Part shown: piece after piece, positions 10,519 through 18,407 of the stretch
How the letters are laid out: each line of letters opens with the position of its first letter
Numbering within the stretch: position 1 is the stretch's first letter
DNA from: a virus
Taxonomy: Duplodnaviria; Caudoviricetes
Direction: 5' to 3' (one strand)
Length of the DNA stretch: 64,000 nucleotides
Virus record (IMG/VR): IMGVR_UViG_2974732664_000001
Span: 1 to 64,000 of that record
Notes under the pieces: model-generated
The model's database searches: none
What the model saw: the letters and a program-made list of their open reading frames with translations, nothing else
Told to the model about the DNA's origin: nothing
Position numbers and translations under genes: made by a program

Positions 10519-10946
10519 TACTTTTCTACTGTTTCAGTTGCTACAATATCGTAAAGCGATACAAGTTGAGAGTCCTTAAGCAAATCGAAATACATAGCAC
10601 CTCTAGATGATCTATATATAACGATATCACCAACCTTGATAGGCATCTGCTGTATTTTCTCGTCACTATATGGGTGTGTATACTCATATGGCAACTTAAG
10701 TACAACAGCTCTAGAGAAATCTGAATCAACTTCTTTTATCTCTGTCTTTACCTCATCATAATCAACTGCCTCGATCCCATCCTTATCCTTCTTAGTCTTA
10801 GTGTCCTTAACCACAGGTTCGGAGATCTTCTTCTTAACTTTAACAGGCTCAAGCGGCTTTACCAAGAACATCTGTCTGAACTCATACTTTATTTTTGAGC
10901 TCAAGTCCTCTGCCAACTGTGTCTGATCTATCATCTTCTCATCCAT
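10518..10946 (-). CDS. GroES/Cpn10-like co-chaperonin
   Basis: FLVKP..., AVVLK and MPIKVGDIVIY...LVSLYDIVA match the GroES pattern, with a long mobile-loop region. Confidence 0.6.
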   Translation of the reverse strand: MDEKMIDQTQLAEDLSSKIKYEFRQMFLVKPLEPVKVKKKISEPVVKDTKTKKDKDGIEAVDYDEVKTEIKEVDSDFSRAVVLKLPYEYTHPYSDEKIQQMPIKVGDIVIYRSSRGAMYFDLLKDSQLVSLYDIVATETVEK

Positions 10947-10947
10947 A

Positions 10948-11358
10948 TTACTTCTTCAATCCTTTAAGGTACTCAAGTAATTTAATCATGTTTCTCAATA
11001 CTGTCTCCTTCTCAACAAGCAAACACTGAGGTGTGTTCTCATCAGCTTTTGACTTAAGAGCACAAAGCTCATTGTTGTATTCTGAGAGCTTATTGTTGAT
11101 CTCGTCAAAGATATTTACGAATCTCTTTTTATCATCAACTTCCTCAACGTATCCATTATCAAGAAGCATCTTTGCATATTCCTTTGAGATTCTATAAACA
11201 GAATTGTAAGAAGAAACAACCGTTGAATTGTCTTCGTTTGAGCTATTATGCTCTTCGTTATATACACTTTCGTACTGATCTGTATCAGCGTTGTACTCAA
11301 ATGTATCACCATTCTCCATTACGAAGAAAGGCTTAATAACCTTTAAAATCTTTGTCAT
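10948..11358 (-). CDS. Hypothetical protein
   Basis: ORF track 10948-11364; first ATG at 11358; no TAG. Confidence 0.75.
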   Translation of the reverse strand: MTKILKVIKPFFVMENGDTFEYNADTDQYESVYNEEHNSSNEDNSTVVSSYNSVYRISKEYAKMLLDNGYVEEVDDKKRFVNIFDEINNKLSEYNNELCALKSKADENTPQCLLVEKETVLRNMIKLLEYLKGLKK

Positions 11359-11389
11359 ATCCAATTGCTTTTATTGTTTTACGCTGCCA

Positions 11390-11416
11390 TAACGAAATAA
11401 TTTTCAAAAAGGTTGC
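11390..11416 (-). promoter_or_regulatory. Putative ECF-type late promoter (leftward)
   Basis: GCAAC-N17-CGTTA on the minus strand, mirrored by the plus-strand copy. Confidence 0.6.
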
Positions 11417-11462
11417 AAATATGGTATAAATTTTGTAAAAATAGCATTTTTCTTGCAAATAT

Positions 11463-11488
11463 GCAACTTTTTTAGCTTTTTTACGTTA
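11463..11488 (+). promoter_or_regulatory. Putative ECF-type late promoter (rightward)
   Basis: GCAAC-N16-CGTTA at the point where transcription diverges. Confidence 0.6.
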
Positions 11489-11645
11489 GGGGGATAGTAG
11501 GGGGTTAGTCAGCTAGAACCCTTTCTCTTATATATTCTCTTTAGGAGATCTACTTTAGTAGTACAGCTATTACAGTATGTAAGACTATACAACTATAGTA
11601 GAGCTATATAAGCTTAATAATAATTGTAAGACTAATAAGAATAGT

Positions 11646-12044
11646 ATGGATAAGAAGAAAAAGTGTATAATAGACGAATATAAGACAGTATACGGATTTA
11701 GCTTATTCGTTATAATTAACCCAGATAAGTCTGTAGTAGATAAAAGATTTAGCTTTAGAGAGGACGAATCTTCTATAATTGATGACGAATGGGCAGATTA
11801 TACAGCCTACACTGTCAGAGGAGCATATGATAAACTTGCTAATGAAGACTGTGAAATCATAGTAATAAACAAGTTAAAGAACACAAGTGATGACATAAAT
11901 ACCTTTGCTCATGAATCATTTCATGCAGCCGTAGATATACTTGAGGCATGCCATATAAAGCTCTCTGATGATACAAATGAGGTATTCGCGTACTTAATTG
12001 GGTACTTTACAGAGTGTGTAAACAAAACAGCAAATAAACGATGA
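11646..12044 (+). CDS. Small HExxH metallopeptidase-like protein
   Basis: TFAHESFH...EVFAYLIG. Confidence 0.6.
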   Translation: MDKKKKCIIDEYKTVYGFSLFVIINPDKSVVDKRFSFREDESSIIDDEWADYTAYTVRGAYDKLANEDCEIIVINKLKNTSDDINTFAHESFHAAVDILEACHIKLSDDTNEVFAYLIGYFTECVNKTANKR

Positions 12045-12511
12045 ACTAGTTTGAGATGAGTGCTGTACTATATTATGCCGACTTCTTGTCTCTACAATAC
12101 TAGAATAAACCGTGTACAGAATAGTGTAAATATTTCTTTATACATGGAGTACCAGTAAATATAGCATACATTGTAGAATAGGAACCAATATACGATCTTG
12201 ATAATCAATGGTTCTAGAAGAGCCTTAAAGAATATAGTATGCTAAAGCATAAATTCGGCGAAGATGGAGCTATGAGCTTTATTAAAAACCTATGTAATCT
12301 AGGAGTAGCAGGATCTGTAAATGCTACTCAAATGATGAAATATATCCGTAGATATGACGATAAATAGGAGCGAGACAAAGCGTTTAGAATGTTTAAATAC
12401 AACAGATCAAAAGCAAAATATACTCACTTAATACATAACGACGATGGTGAAATTGTAGAGGAAGAGTGCACGAAATACGTAGCCCATGCTGGGCGAAATA
12501 GCAAAGGATAA
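12041..12511 (+). CDS. Hypothetical protein, TAG-recoded (156 aa, 6 TAG)
   Basis: ATG overlaps the previous TGA; the frame is open to TAA at 12511 only with TAG=Gln. Missing from the ORF track. Confidence 0.75.
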
Positions 12512-12682
12512 AGAATATTTAAGAGCGGCAGAAATAATACAGAAAGCCGAGAGAAACGGTAGAAGATTAGGATTTTACGAACCAGATAAAGATGAGTCCA
12601 TTTGATATAATATTCATGTTTTTAATACTTCCAATAGTAGCTACTACCACATGTTGGATAATACTTAAAGATAGTAAAAATA

Positions 12683-13147
12683 ATGGGAAAGATTAGTAAA
12701 TATAGCAATTTGTACGACAAAGATGGAAAACTTATTAGATCAGTGGATAGTATTTCAGGAAGATTGGATGACCATACCATTGAAGAACTAGAAAACATTG
12801 TAGATGAGCTAGCAAAAGACGAAACAAAGCGTACTGAGTATACTAATAGCATGTCCGTACTCATGCACATGTATGAAACAAAGGGAAATCCACACAAGAA
12901 TGAAATAGTCAAGAAAATAAACGAGTATGTAAGGACAAAGACTACCAAAGCTGAGGTTATAAACGCTTTAAAAGATATAAACATTACGGAGTCTAACGAC
13001 TCCTCCAACGACATAAAAGATGAAGAGGCAAGAGAAAATGGATCCAGCGCAAAGAGACGCATATCAGACACTTCTGAAGGAACTGGAGAACTTGGGGGAG
13101 GAAGCGACTCCAACGAGACAGATACTACAATTAGCACTGCAGCTTGA
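12683..13147 (+). CDS. Hypothetical protein (154 aa)
   Basis: ORF track; A-rich start context. Confidence 0.7.
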   Translation: MGKISKYSNLYDKDGKLIRSVDSISGRLDDHTIEELENIVDELAKDETKRTEYTNSMSVLMHMYETKGNPHKNEIVKKINEYVRTKTTKAEVINALKDINITESNDSSNDIKDEEARENGSSAKRRISDTSEGTGELGGGSDSNETDTTISTAA

Positions 13148-13238
13148 TGAAAAAGGAGAGTTCTACAAATTTATAGAAGTATTCGGGGATAGCAGAATAG
13201 ATGGTAAAGATGTCCTCGGACTGTCCCGAGATAACTAA
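13038..13238 (+). CDS. Small hypothetical protein overlapping its neighbours
   Basis: MDPAQRDAYQTLLKELENLG..., a helical protein-like sequence within track ORF 13020-13238. Confidence 0.45.
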   Translation: MDPAQRDAYQTLLKELENLGEEATPTRQILQLALQLDEKGEFYKFIEVFGDSRIDGKDVLGLSRDN

Positions 13239-13390
13239 AATGATATTAGATATAATATATGGAGACGAAGGAGAAGGAAACGGAATTAGTACAATTAGTC
13301 AGACAGCTTAGAGATTACGTAATCCTAGACAGAAAAGATTACGAAAAGCTTGTACAGATTTTATAGATAAGTTTAAGAAAGCATGAGAAT

Positions 13391-13418
13391 AGCCGGGGTT
13401 TACGCCTCGGCTTTTTTA
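13391..13418 (+). terminator. Intrinsic terminator ending the rightward late unit
   Basis: AGCCGGGG-TTTACG-CCTCGGCT-TTTTTATTTT. Confidence 0.85.
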
Positions 13419-13443
13419 TTTTTTTTAATTTTTAAAACTGTTA

Positions 13444-13498
13444 TATATGTACAGAAACGAGAAACAAATTTTTTGTATATGTATGAAAACGAGAAACA
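13444..13498. repeat. Direct repeat x2, TATATGTA-NNN-AAACGAGAAACA (32-bp spacing)
   Basis: Copies at 13444-13466 and 13476-13498. Confidence 0.8.
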
Positions 13499-13589
13499 GC
13501 AATGAATCACACCCCGGTATATACTTTCGGATTGGGGTATCCCCCCCATGACAAAAACAAATTTATTCACAATTCAAACTCACGAAATC

Positions 13590-14105
13590 ATGAAAAAAAT
13601 TAATGAAATTGCTGTTATAAACAGCGTATCTCTCAATGAGAAATTGTATTCGTTCAATGAGGATAATGAAACTTTTAGAGTTTCTCTTCGCATTACTTAT
13701 TCCGTTGCAAATTCTGATGATAGCGAGGATGATGATGTCATTTCATTGTCCGAGTTTGCGGATTCCGGGTGCATTGTTGGCAAGACCTATTCGTGCATCT
13801 TGAATTTTGACAGGGTGCTTGAAGGTGGCAAACACACGGAGAAAGAGCAAGACAAAGCACTTGATGAGTTGAGTAAAAAGTTTGTAGGTAAAAAGGCGCG
13901 CTTTAGTACGTTTGATTACACAATTAGTGAATTGACTGATGGAAACGAAAAGTCAATAACCGACGGAGAACACACGTATAGCTCGCTAGCCAATACTTAC
14001 CTCGGCAACGTAGACGATGAAGCCGCAGAATTAAGAAAGTTAAAAACACGTTTGACTGATATGATAAACGACGACTTCGATTATTCAACGGACGACGAAG
14101 ATTAA
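13590..14105 (+). CDS. Acidic hypothetical early protein
   Basis: Track ORF 13548-14105, likely start at ATG 13590. D/E-rich, ends DDFDYSTDDED. Confidence 0.75.
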   Translation: MKKINEIAVINSVSLNEKLYSFNEDNETFRVSLRITYSVANSDDSEDDDVISLSEFADSGCIVGKTYSCILNFDRVLEGGKHTEKEQDKALDELSKKFVGKKARFSTFDYTISELTDGNEKSITDGEHTYSSLANTYLGNVDDEAAELRKLKTRLTDMINDDFDYSTDDED

Positions 14106-14107
14106 TG

Positions 14108-14148
14108 TGGATGGGGATTGGTAAAACAATCTCCCACTCCACCTTTTT
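14108..14148 (+). terminator. Terminator-like hairpin
   Basis: GTGGATGGGGATTG-GTAAAA-CAATCTCCCACTCCAC-CTTTTT. Confidence 0.6.
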
Positions 14149-14218
14149 AAAGAAATTCTACGTAACAGCTCAAATAGGCTGTTTTAATATATAGCGTTAT
14201 TAACAAAACATAATCAAT

Positions 14219-14404
14219 ATGAAAGCAATAATTAAAAATGGAATTGCAAACAAAGATATTCAATCTTGTTTAATATCAGAATGTGGTGTTGAAATAACAT
14301 TTCACAATAATGACTTAGCAGATAAATTTGCTTTGTCATTGAACCTATCTGGTATTCCATGTGTAAACAATGGGAACAAAATAACTATATCTTACATTGA
14401 TTAG
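14219..14404 (+). CDS. Small hypothetical protein (TAG stop)
   Basis: ORF track. Confidence 0.6.
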   Translation: MKAIIKNGIANKDIQSCLISECGVEITFHNNDLADKFALSLNLSGIPCVNNGNKITISYID

Positions 14405-14458
14405 CTGAGTGTAAGCAGCGCGTCTTACATAGCTGAGCACAAGCAGCAAGTCTTGTGT
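14404..14458 (+). ncRNA. Tandem pair of H-type pseudoknots (third copy at 15833-15860)
   Basis: GCTG-A-GTGTAAG-CAGC-GCGT-CTTACAT followed by GCTG-A-GCACAAG-CAGC-AAGT-CTTGTGT; compensatory changes in stem 2. Confidence 0.7.
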
Positions 14459-14751
14459 ATTAGACTTGGAGAGACAGCTAGCAACCTGGAAAGACAGGTA
14501 ATTTATAATATGCTCATTTATAATAGGTGAACGATTGCCAAGTGTGGCAACATTGGCATGATACATATCATTGTCTGTGAAGATAGTGATATGTTTATTT
14601 AAGATAAAAGACATTAAGACTCCATATACATTGATTGCACAATTGAGGTTCTTGCCAAGAGTGGTAAATAGTAGATTTGTTTCGTGTACCATGGTCTGTG
14701 AAGATAGTGGTACATTTTTAATTTAAACTCAGCTAGGGAGAGTCTAACATA

Positions 14752-14806
14752 ATCACTGATGAGACCTAGACGAAACTACACATGTTGCATCATACTGTAG
14801 TCTGAT
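14752..14806 (+). ncRNA. Hammerhead ribozyme (type I)
   Basis: Stem I ATCA/TGAT, core CTGATGA, minimal stem II G-ACCTAGA-C, GAAA, stem III CTACA/TGTAG. GUC cleavage triplet ends at 14802. Confidence 0.75.
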
Positions 14807-14938
14807 ATTCATTATTCATAAGCATTTTATCCCCTAAATACAATGGTCTGTGAAGATAGTTGTATTTAACAGTTATCTCATGCGGTATATAAACCAGGAT
14901 GACGGAGCACCTACGCTAACGTGATAAATCGTAGGTAG

Positions 14939-15030
14939 TAATGTGGCGTTCATGGTCCCAAGCCCATGACTACAACACGTGCTTATGGTACTTGCAAAGC
15001 TATAAGATGTCGGTTATAGGACACAGAGGG
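14939..15030 (+). ncRNA. Twister ribozyme with long P5 and little or no P1
   Basis: TAA-TGTG-GC-GTT-CATGG-TCCCAAGC-CCATG-A-[P5 hairpin]-CACA-GA-GGG. Confidence 0.7.
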
Positions 15031-15133
15031 TGAAATAGTAGTATTACATGTATGCTGAGAGCTAAGGTAGTCAGCCTACTTGCAAGGGGTACAAAAGTGG
15101 TTTTAGTTCTCTAGGACAATCCGGAAAGACGGA

Positions 15134-15256
15134 TAGTGGTTATTATACACTTACTGAAGTAAGAGGGTATACTATGTACGAATTCATTATATGGGTATCG
15201 TACTTGGCTATAAAAGCGCACACATAGCGACGGTTCGAGTCCAGTAGCCACTACAC
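15134..15256 (+). ncRNA. tRNA-like RNA with expanded interior
   Basis: Closing stem TAGTGGTTAT/GTAGCCACTA preceded by a T-loop GG-TTCGAGT-CC. Confidence 0.4.
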
Positions 15257-15366
15257 CTTTATTAAATCATTTTTTAGTTATCAACAGGTTTTATTTCCAT
15301 GCAGGTATATCGGTTCGTGAGGATAGATATACCATTTTTATAGATTAAATCAAAATATATATAGAT

Positions 15367-15657
15367 ATGGAAGATAAGAAACATTCTTTTATGGACCAAT
15401 TGAATCTGTTCTTTATTGGAGCGGTTATTGGTGTCATTGTTGGTGCCTGCTTTGGTATTAATGCTGTAAAAGGTAGCAATAACAGAGCAGAGAAAAAAGT
15501 AAAAGCGTACGAAGAGTATTATAAATGCACTGAGACGCTTTTAGACTCTCTCGATGGAACACATAATCTTGACCTCATGGATACAGATCTTGAGACAGAT
15601 TATGGTGCTGATTATTTGGAAGCTAAGTCTAAAGTAGATGAACTAATTGTAAAGTAG
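15367..15657 (+). CDS. Membrane-anchored hypothetical protein (TAG stop)
   Basis: ORF track; TM segment LFFIGAVIGVIVGACFGI. Confidence 0.75.
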   Translation: MEDKKHSFMDQLNLFFIGAVIGVIVGACFGINAVKGSNNRAEKKVKAYEEYYKCTETLLDSLDGTHNLDLMDTDLETDYGADYLEAKSKVDELIVK

Positions 15658-15763
15658 TATGAATGAATTCGACAAAGAAGAACATACGGAAGATATAACG
15701 AACTACCAATAAATTTATATCTAAAACCAATTTAAAACATAAGGGTTGAGTTGCATCAACCCT

Positions 15764-15828
15764 AAGTGTTTAATGTAGCCAGCGTAAGCTGAGAGTCCAA
15801 AGCCTCTACAAATACAGATGGAACACTT
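15764..15828 (+). ncRNA. Twister ribozyme (type P1)
   Basis: P1 AAGTGTT/AACACTT, U15771-A15772 cleavage site, P2 TGTA/TACA, P3 AGC-GTAA-GCT, P4 AGAG-TCCAAAGC-CTCT, pseudoknot CCA/TGG. Confidence 0.88.
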
Positions 15829-15890
15829 TTTATACCGAGTGTAAGCGGTAAGTCTTACACAAAAATAAACAATGTTTAATTATCAAAATT

Positions 15891-16307
15891 ATGAACATTA
15901 TCGAAAAATTGTTGGGTGAAGCATACCCAAAGCTTGGGTCAGAAGTTTTTGCTGACGGTAACAAAACAGTCGTAACAGTATCTCGTACACTGTCTCCAGA
16001 TCATGTTGATTTGGATGCTCCTAGTTACGTGGAGACTAAGTTCAAGAAACACATTCCAATCTTGAGATCTATTGACGTTGAACTGGACGCCGTAACAGAA
16101 GAACAGACCATTAAGGTGACAGTTGAAGTTGATGGTAAATTCAACAGCATTGATGACTTGAGGCATCTTACATTTATCGCTAGAGGAATTAGCGAAGTCG
16201 CAGAAGACAAGCTCAGTGAGCCTAATATAATTAAGGCCATTGGTCTGTATTGTAAACCATTCATTTGCACAGATGATGAATCAGAAGAAACACAAGCAAA
16301 CGCATAA
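15891..16307 (+). CDS. Hypothetical protein
   Basis: ORF track; TTATCAAAATT-ATG start motif. Confidence 0.8.
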   Translation: MNIIEKLLGEAYPKLGSEVFADGNKTVVTVSRTLSPDHVDLDAPSYVETKFKKHIPILRSIDVELDAVTEEQTIKVTVEVDGKFNSIDDLRHLTFIARGISEVAEDKLSEPNIIKAIGLYCKPFICTDDESEETQANA

Positions 16308-16530
16308 CCAAGCGGTTAAGCCACAGTCAGCAAAAGGGAAGCCTGATGCTGAATACCTTAACTACAAGGTAGTTGCTAAGGAGGGAGGATCTACAATGAT
16401 CCTCTCTTCTGGATTAAGTAAATGTAATGCCAAATCTTTGGAAAATACTTTGAATAGTTATATTAACAACAAACATTCAAATATTCCGGGAGCTGGCAAG
16501 ACAAGTGTTAAATTCATAACGATTCATTAA
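16273..16530 (+). CDS. Hypothetical basic protein
   Basis: Track ORF 16240-16530, first ATG at 16273; TAATG coupling to the next gene. Confidence 0.65.
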   Translation: MMNQKKHKQTHNQAVKPQSAKGKPDAEYLNYKVVAKEGGSTMILSSGLSKCNAKSLENTLNSYINNKHSNIPGAGKTSVKFITIH

Positions 16531-16910
16531 TGAGTGTAAAATTATACGAGAAGCCAGATAAACATAATCCTGGCCCACTGATAGCGATAGTCATAATAAT
16601 AATGTTATTGTTATTGACTTCAAAGTGTCAAGCGCAGCAAAAAGCTGCAATAGACACAATGGTTTGCAAGGTTGAATGTATTAAACAAATAGTACAGAAA
16701 CCTAGTGTTAACGGTAAAACCGTTAAGTATCTAGCTGTATATGTTGATAAGTCAGCAGGATTCTCAGAGATTATTCCAATCTCAAAGAGTGTTGTAGACT
16801 ATATTAGCACATGCAAGCAATTCTCTCTCAAGCCTACACTTGGCATTAGGTTAAGAAATGGTGTAATAACATCTATCGTTCGATACAAAATCAAATTTGT
16901 ACACAAATGA
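16530..16910 (+). CDS. Hypothetical exported protein
   Basis: Hydrophobic N-terminus followed by CQAQQ, a possible signal-peptidase site. Confidence 0.7.
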   Translation: MSVKLYEKPDKHNPGPLIAIVIIIMLLLLTSKCQAQQKAAIDTMVCKVECIKQIVQKPSVNGKTVKYLAVYVDKSAGFSEIIPISKSVVDYISTCKQFSLKPTLGIRLRNGVITSIVRYKIKFVHK

Positions 16911-17365
16911 AGTTTAGTAAAGGAGACGTAGTACGCCGAGTATTGCCTAGTGGCACAATGGTAGGTGGTTTAATGGTCGTAATCAATAACATCGGCGACA
17001 AATGCACAGTTGTTAGAGATGTATCAACTGGAAAATACTATATATATAGGTCAGAACATCTAGGAAAGGAAGGAAAAACAACAAAGATTTTGGTTAGTAA
17101 AAGTGATATGAATAAAATCGACACAACGAAAGGTGTTGGTGCATTCTATCATAGCGTATCACCTGTATATGATAAGCTATATGCTAATCCATCAAGATTT
17201 GTATGTTTTATACTAGCTTACACCAAGGGTGAGACCATACATAGAGTATATCAACTTGGAAAAATATCTAGAGTATTACGAAAAGTTGATGAAATTCGTA
17301 AAGGATACGAAATGGTTCCAGTTAAACAACCAATGTACAAGCTTCAATTAATAGGTGAACTATGA
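16907..17365 (+). CDS. Hypothetical protein (SH3/KOW-like N-terminus)
   Basis: MKFSKGDVVRR...; overlaps the previous stop. Confidence 0.7.
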   Translation: MKFSKGDVVRRVLPSGTMVGGLMVVINNIGDKCTVVRDVSTGKYYIYRSEHLGKEGKTTKILVSKSDMNKIDTTKGVGAFYHSVSPVYDKLYANPSRFVCFILAYTKGETIHRVYQLGKISRVLRKVDEIRKGYEMVPVKQPMYKLQLIGEL

Positions 17366-17553
17366 GTAAAAAACTTAGTCCTGGCAGAATCTACAAAATA
17401 AATGGCATTGTTGTTAGGGCTAAACGTCAATACAATTGCAATGAGTGTATCTTTAACAATCCTTTCTCTTGTCCAAAAGTAAACGATTCAAAAGATTTGA
17501 ACGAAGAATCACCATCATGCATTGAAGACGGAATAATTTTTATTAGTCCTTAA
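17362..17553 (+). CDS. Small Cys-rich protein
   Basis: CNECIF...C...C; ATGA overlap. Confidence 0.65.
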   Translation: MSKKLSPGRIYKINGIVVRAKRQYNCNECIFNNPFSCPKVNDSKDLNEESPSCIEDGIIFISP

Positions 17554-17555
17554 TT

Positions 17556-17828
17556 ATGGCAAAACGTAGAAAAAACGGACAAATGTCTGACGAAGAATTA
17601 GAAGTTAGACGCCATCACTCATCATTGCGTAGACTTAAAGCGCATTGTAGTGATGAAAACGTAGAGTTAAAAGATTATAAATTTGCAAATCCTGATGATA
17701 TGTGTGTATTATCATTAAGTGATGTAGATTTGGGATCAAGAAAGAGTTATTTAACAACAGATAACGATTCATGGTTTGTCAGTGAAGATGACTATGAAGA
17801 GGTATCACAAATAGCATTATACCTATGA
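17556..17828 (+). CDS. Hypothetical protein
   Basis: ORF track; tight operon spacing. Confidence 0.7.
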   Translation: MAKRRKNGQMSDEELEVRRHHSSLRRLKAHCSDENVELKDYKFANPDDMCVLSLSDVDLGSRKSYLTTDNDSWFVSEDDYEEVSQIALYL

Positions 17829-18028
17829 GAAAAGAATATGGAGAGCTATTTGTATCAATAGCATTAATAATTATTTCGGCATTCCCTCTTTTTGACTTAT
17901 TGTCAAACATAACGAATATAACTAACATAAGCGATTTTTCGTTGATAGTAGTAATTGTTATGTTGATAATAGTTTTGATCTCCAGTATTATATATTTTAT
18001 ATCATATTGGACGGAAAAATTTAATTAA
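17825..18028 (+). CDS. Two-TM membrane protein
   Basis: Two hydrophobic stretches; ATGA overlap. Confidence 0.7.
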   Translation: MRKEYGELFVSIALIIISAFPLFDLLSNITNITNISDFSLIVVIVMLIIVLISSIIYFISYWTEKFN

Positions 18029-18262
18029 GTTGCATTTCAAGGGGGCGGTTTATACCGTCCCCGAGATTTATTAGGTTAGAGGCCTACATAACAGTTCAAG
18101 TCTGTATAAAATTACAAATGGGTACCAAACAACTCCCTACAACTCTATTAAATAGCGTAATTACTTTAAAATTAATCATTTGAGTTAGAAAGAAAAAAGA
18201 ACGTTAGATAGTAGGAGACAATGGAATGGTTTAAATATAACCAGTGAAAATTGCCCATATTT

Positions 18263-18336
18263 GGACTTGTAGCTCAGTTGGTTAGAGCAACAGACTCATA
18301 ATCTGGAGGTCCTAGGTTCAAGCCCTAGCTGGTCCA
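18263..18336 (+). tRNA. tRNA with CAU anticodon (Ile2 or elongator Met)
   Basis: GGACTTGTAGCTCAGTTGGTTAGAGCAACAGACT[CAT]AATCTGGAGGTCCTAGGTTCAAGCCCTAGCTGGTCCA. Confidence 0.92.
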
Positions 18337-18407
18337 CAAAAGATGATTCCGTGAATCTTTAAAACCCGGATAGTTAACATTTGTTGAATCTCTAATAAAT
18401 TATCAAA

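Larger units (their letters stand above)
14563..15333 (+). repeat. Four GTGA-tetraloop hairpins (GTCT-GTGA-AGAT core)
   Basis: Copies at 14563-14594, 14685-14714, 14835-14868 and 15304-15333. Outer stems differ in sequence but always pair. Confidence 0.75.
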
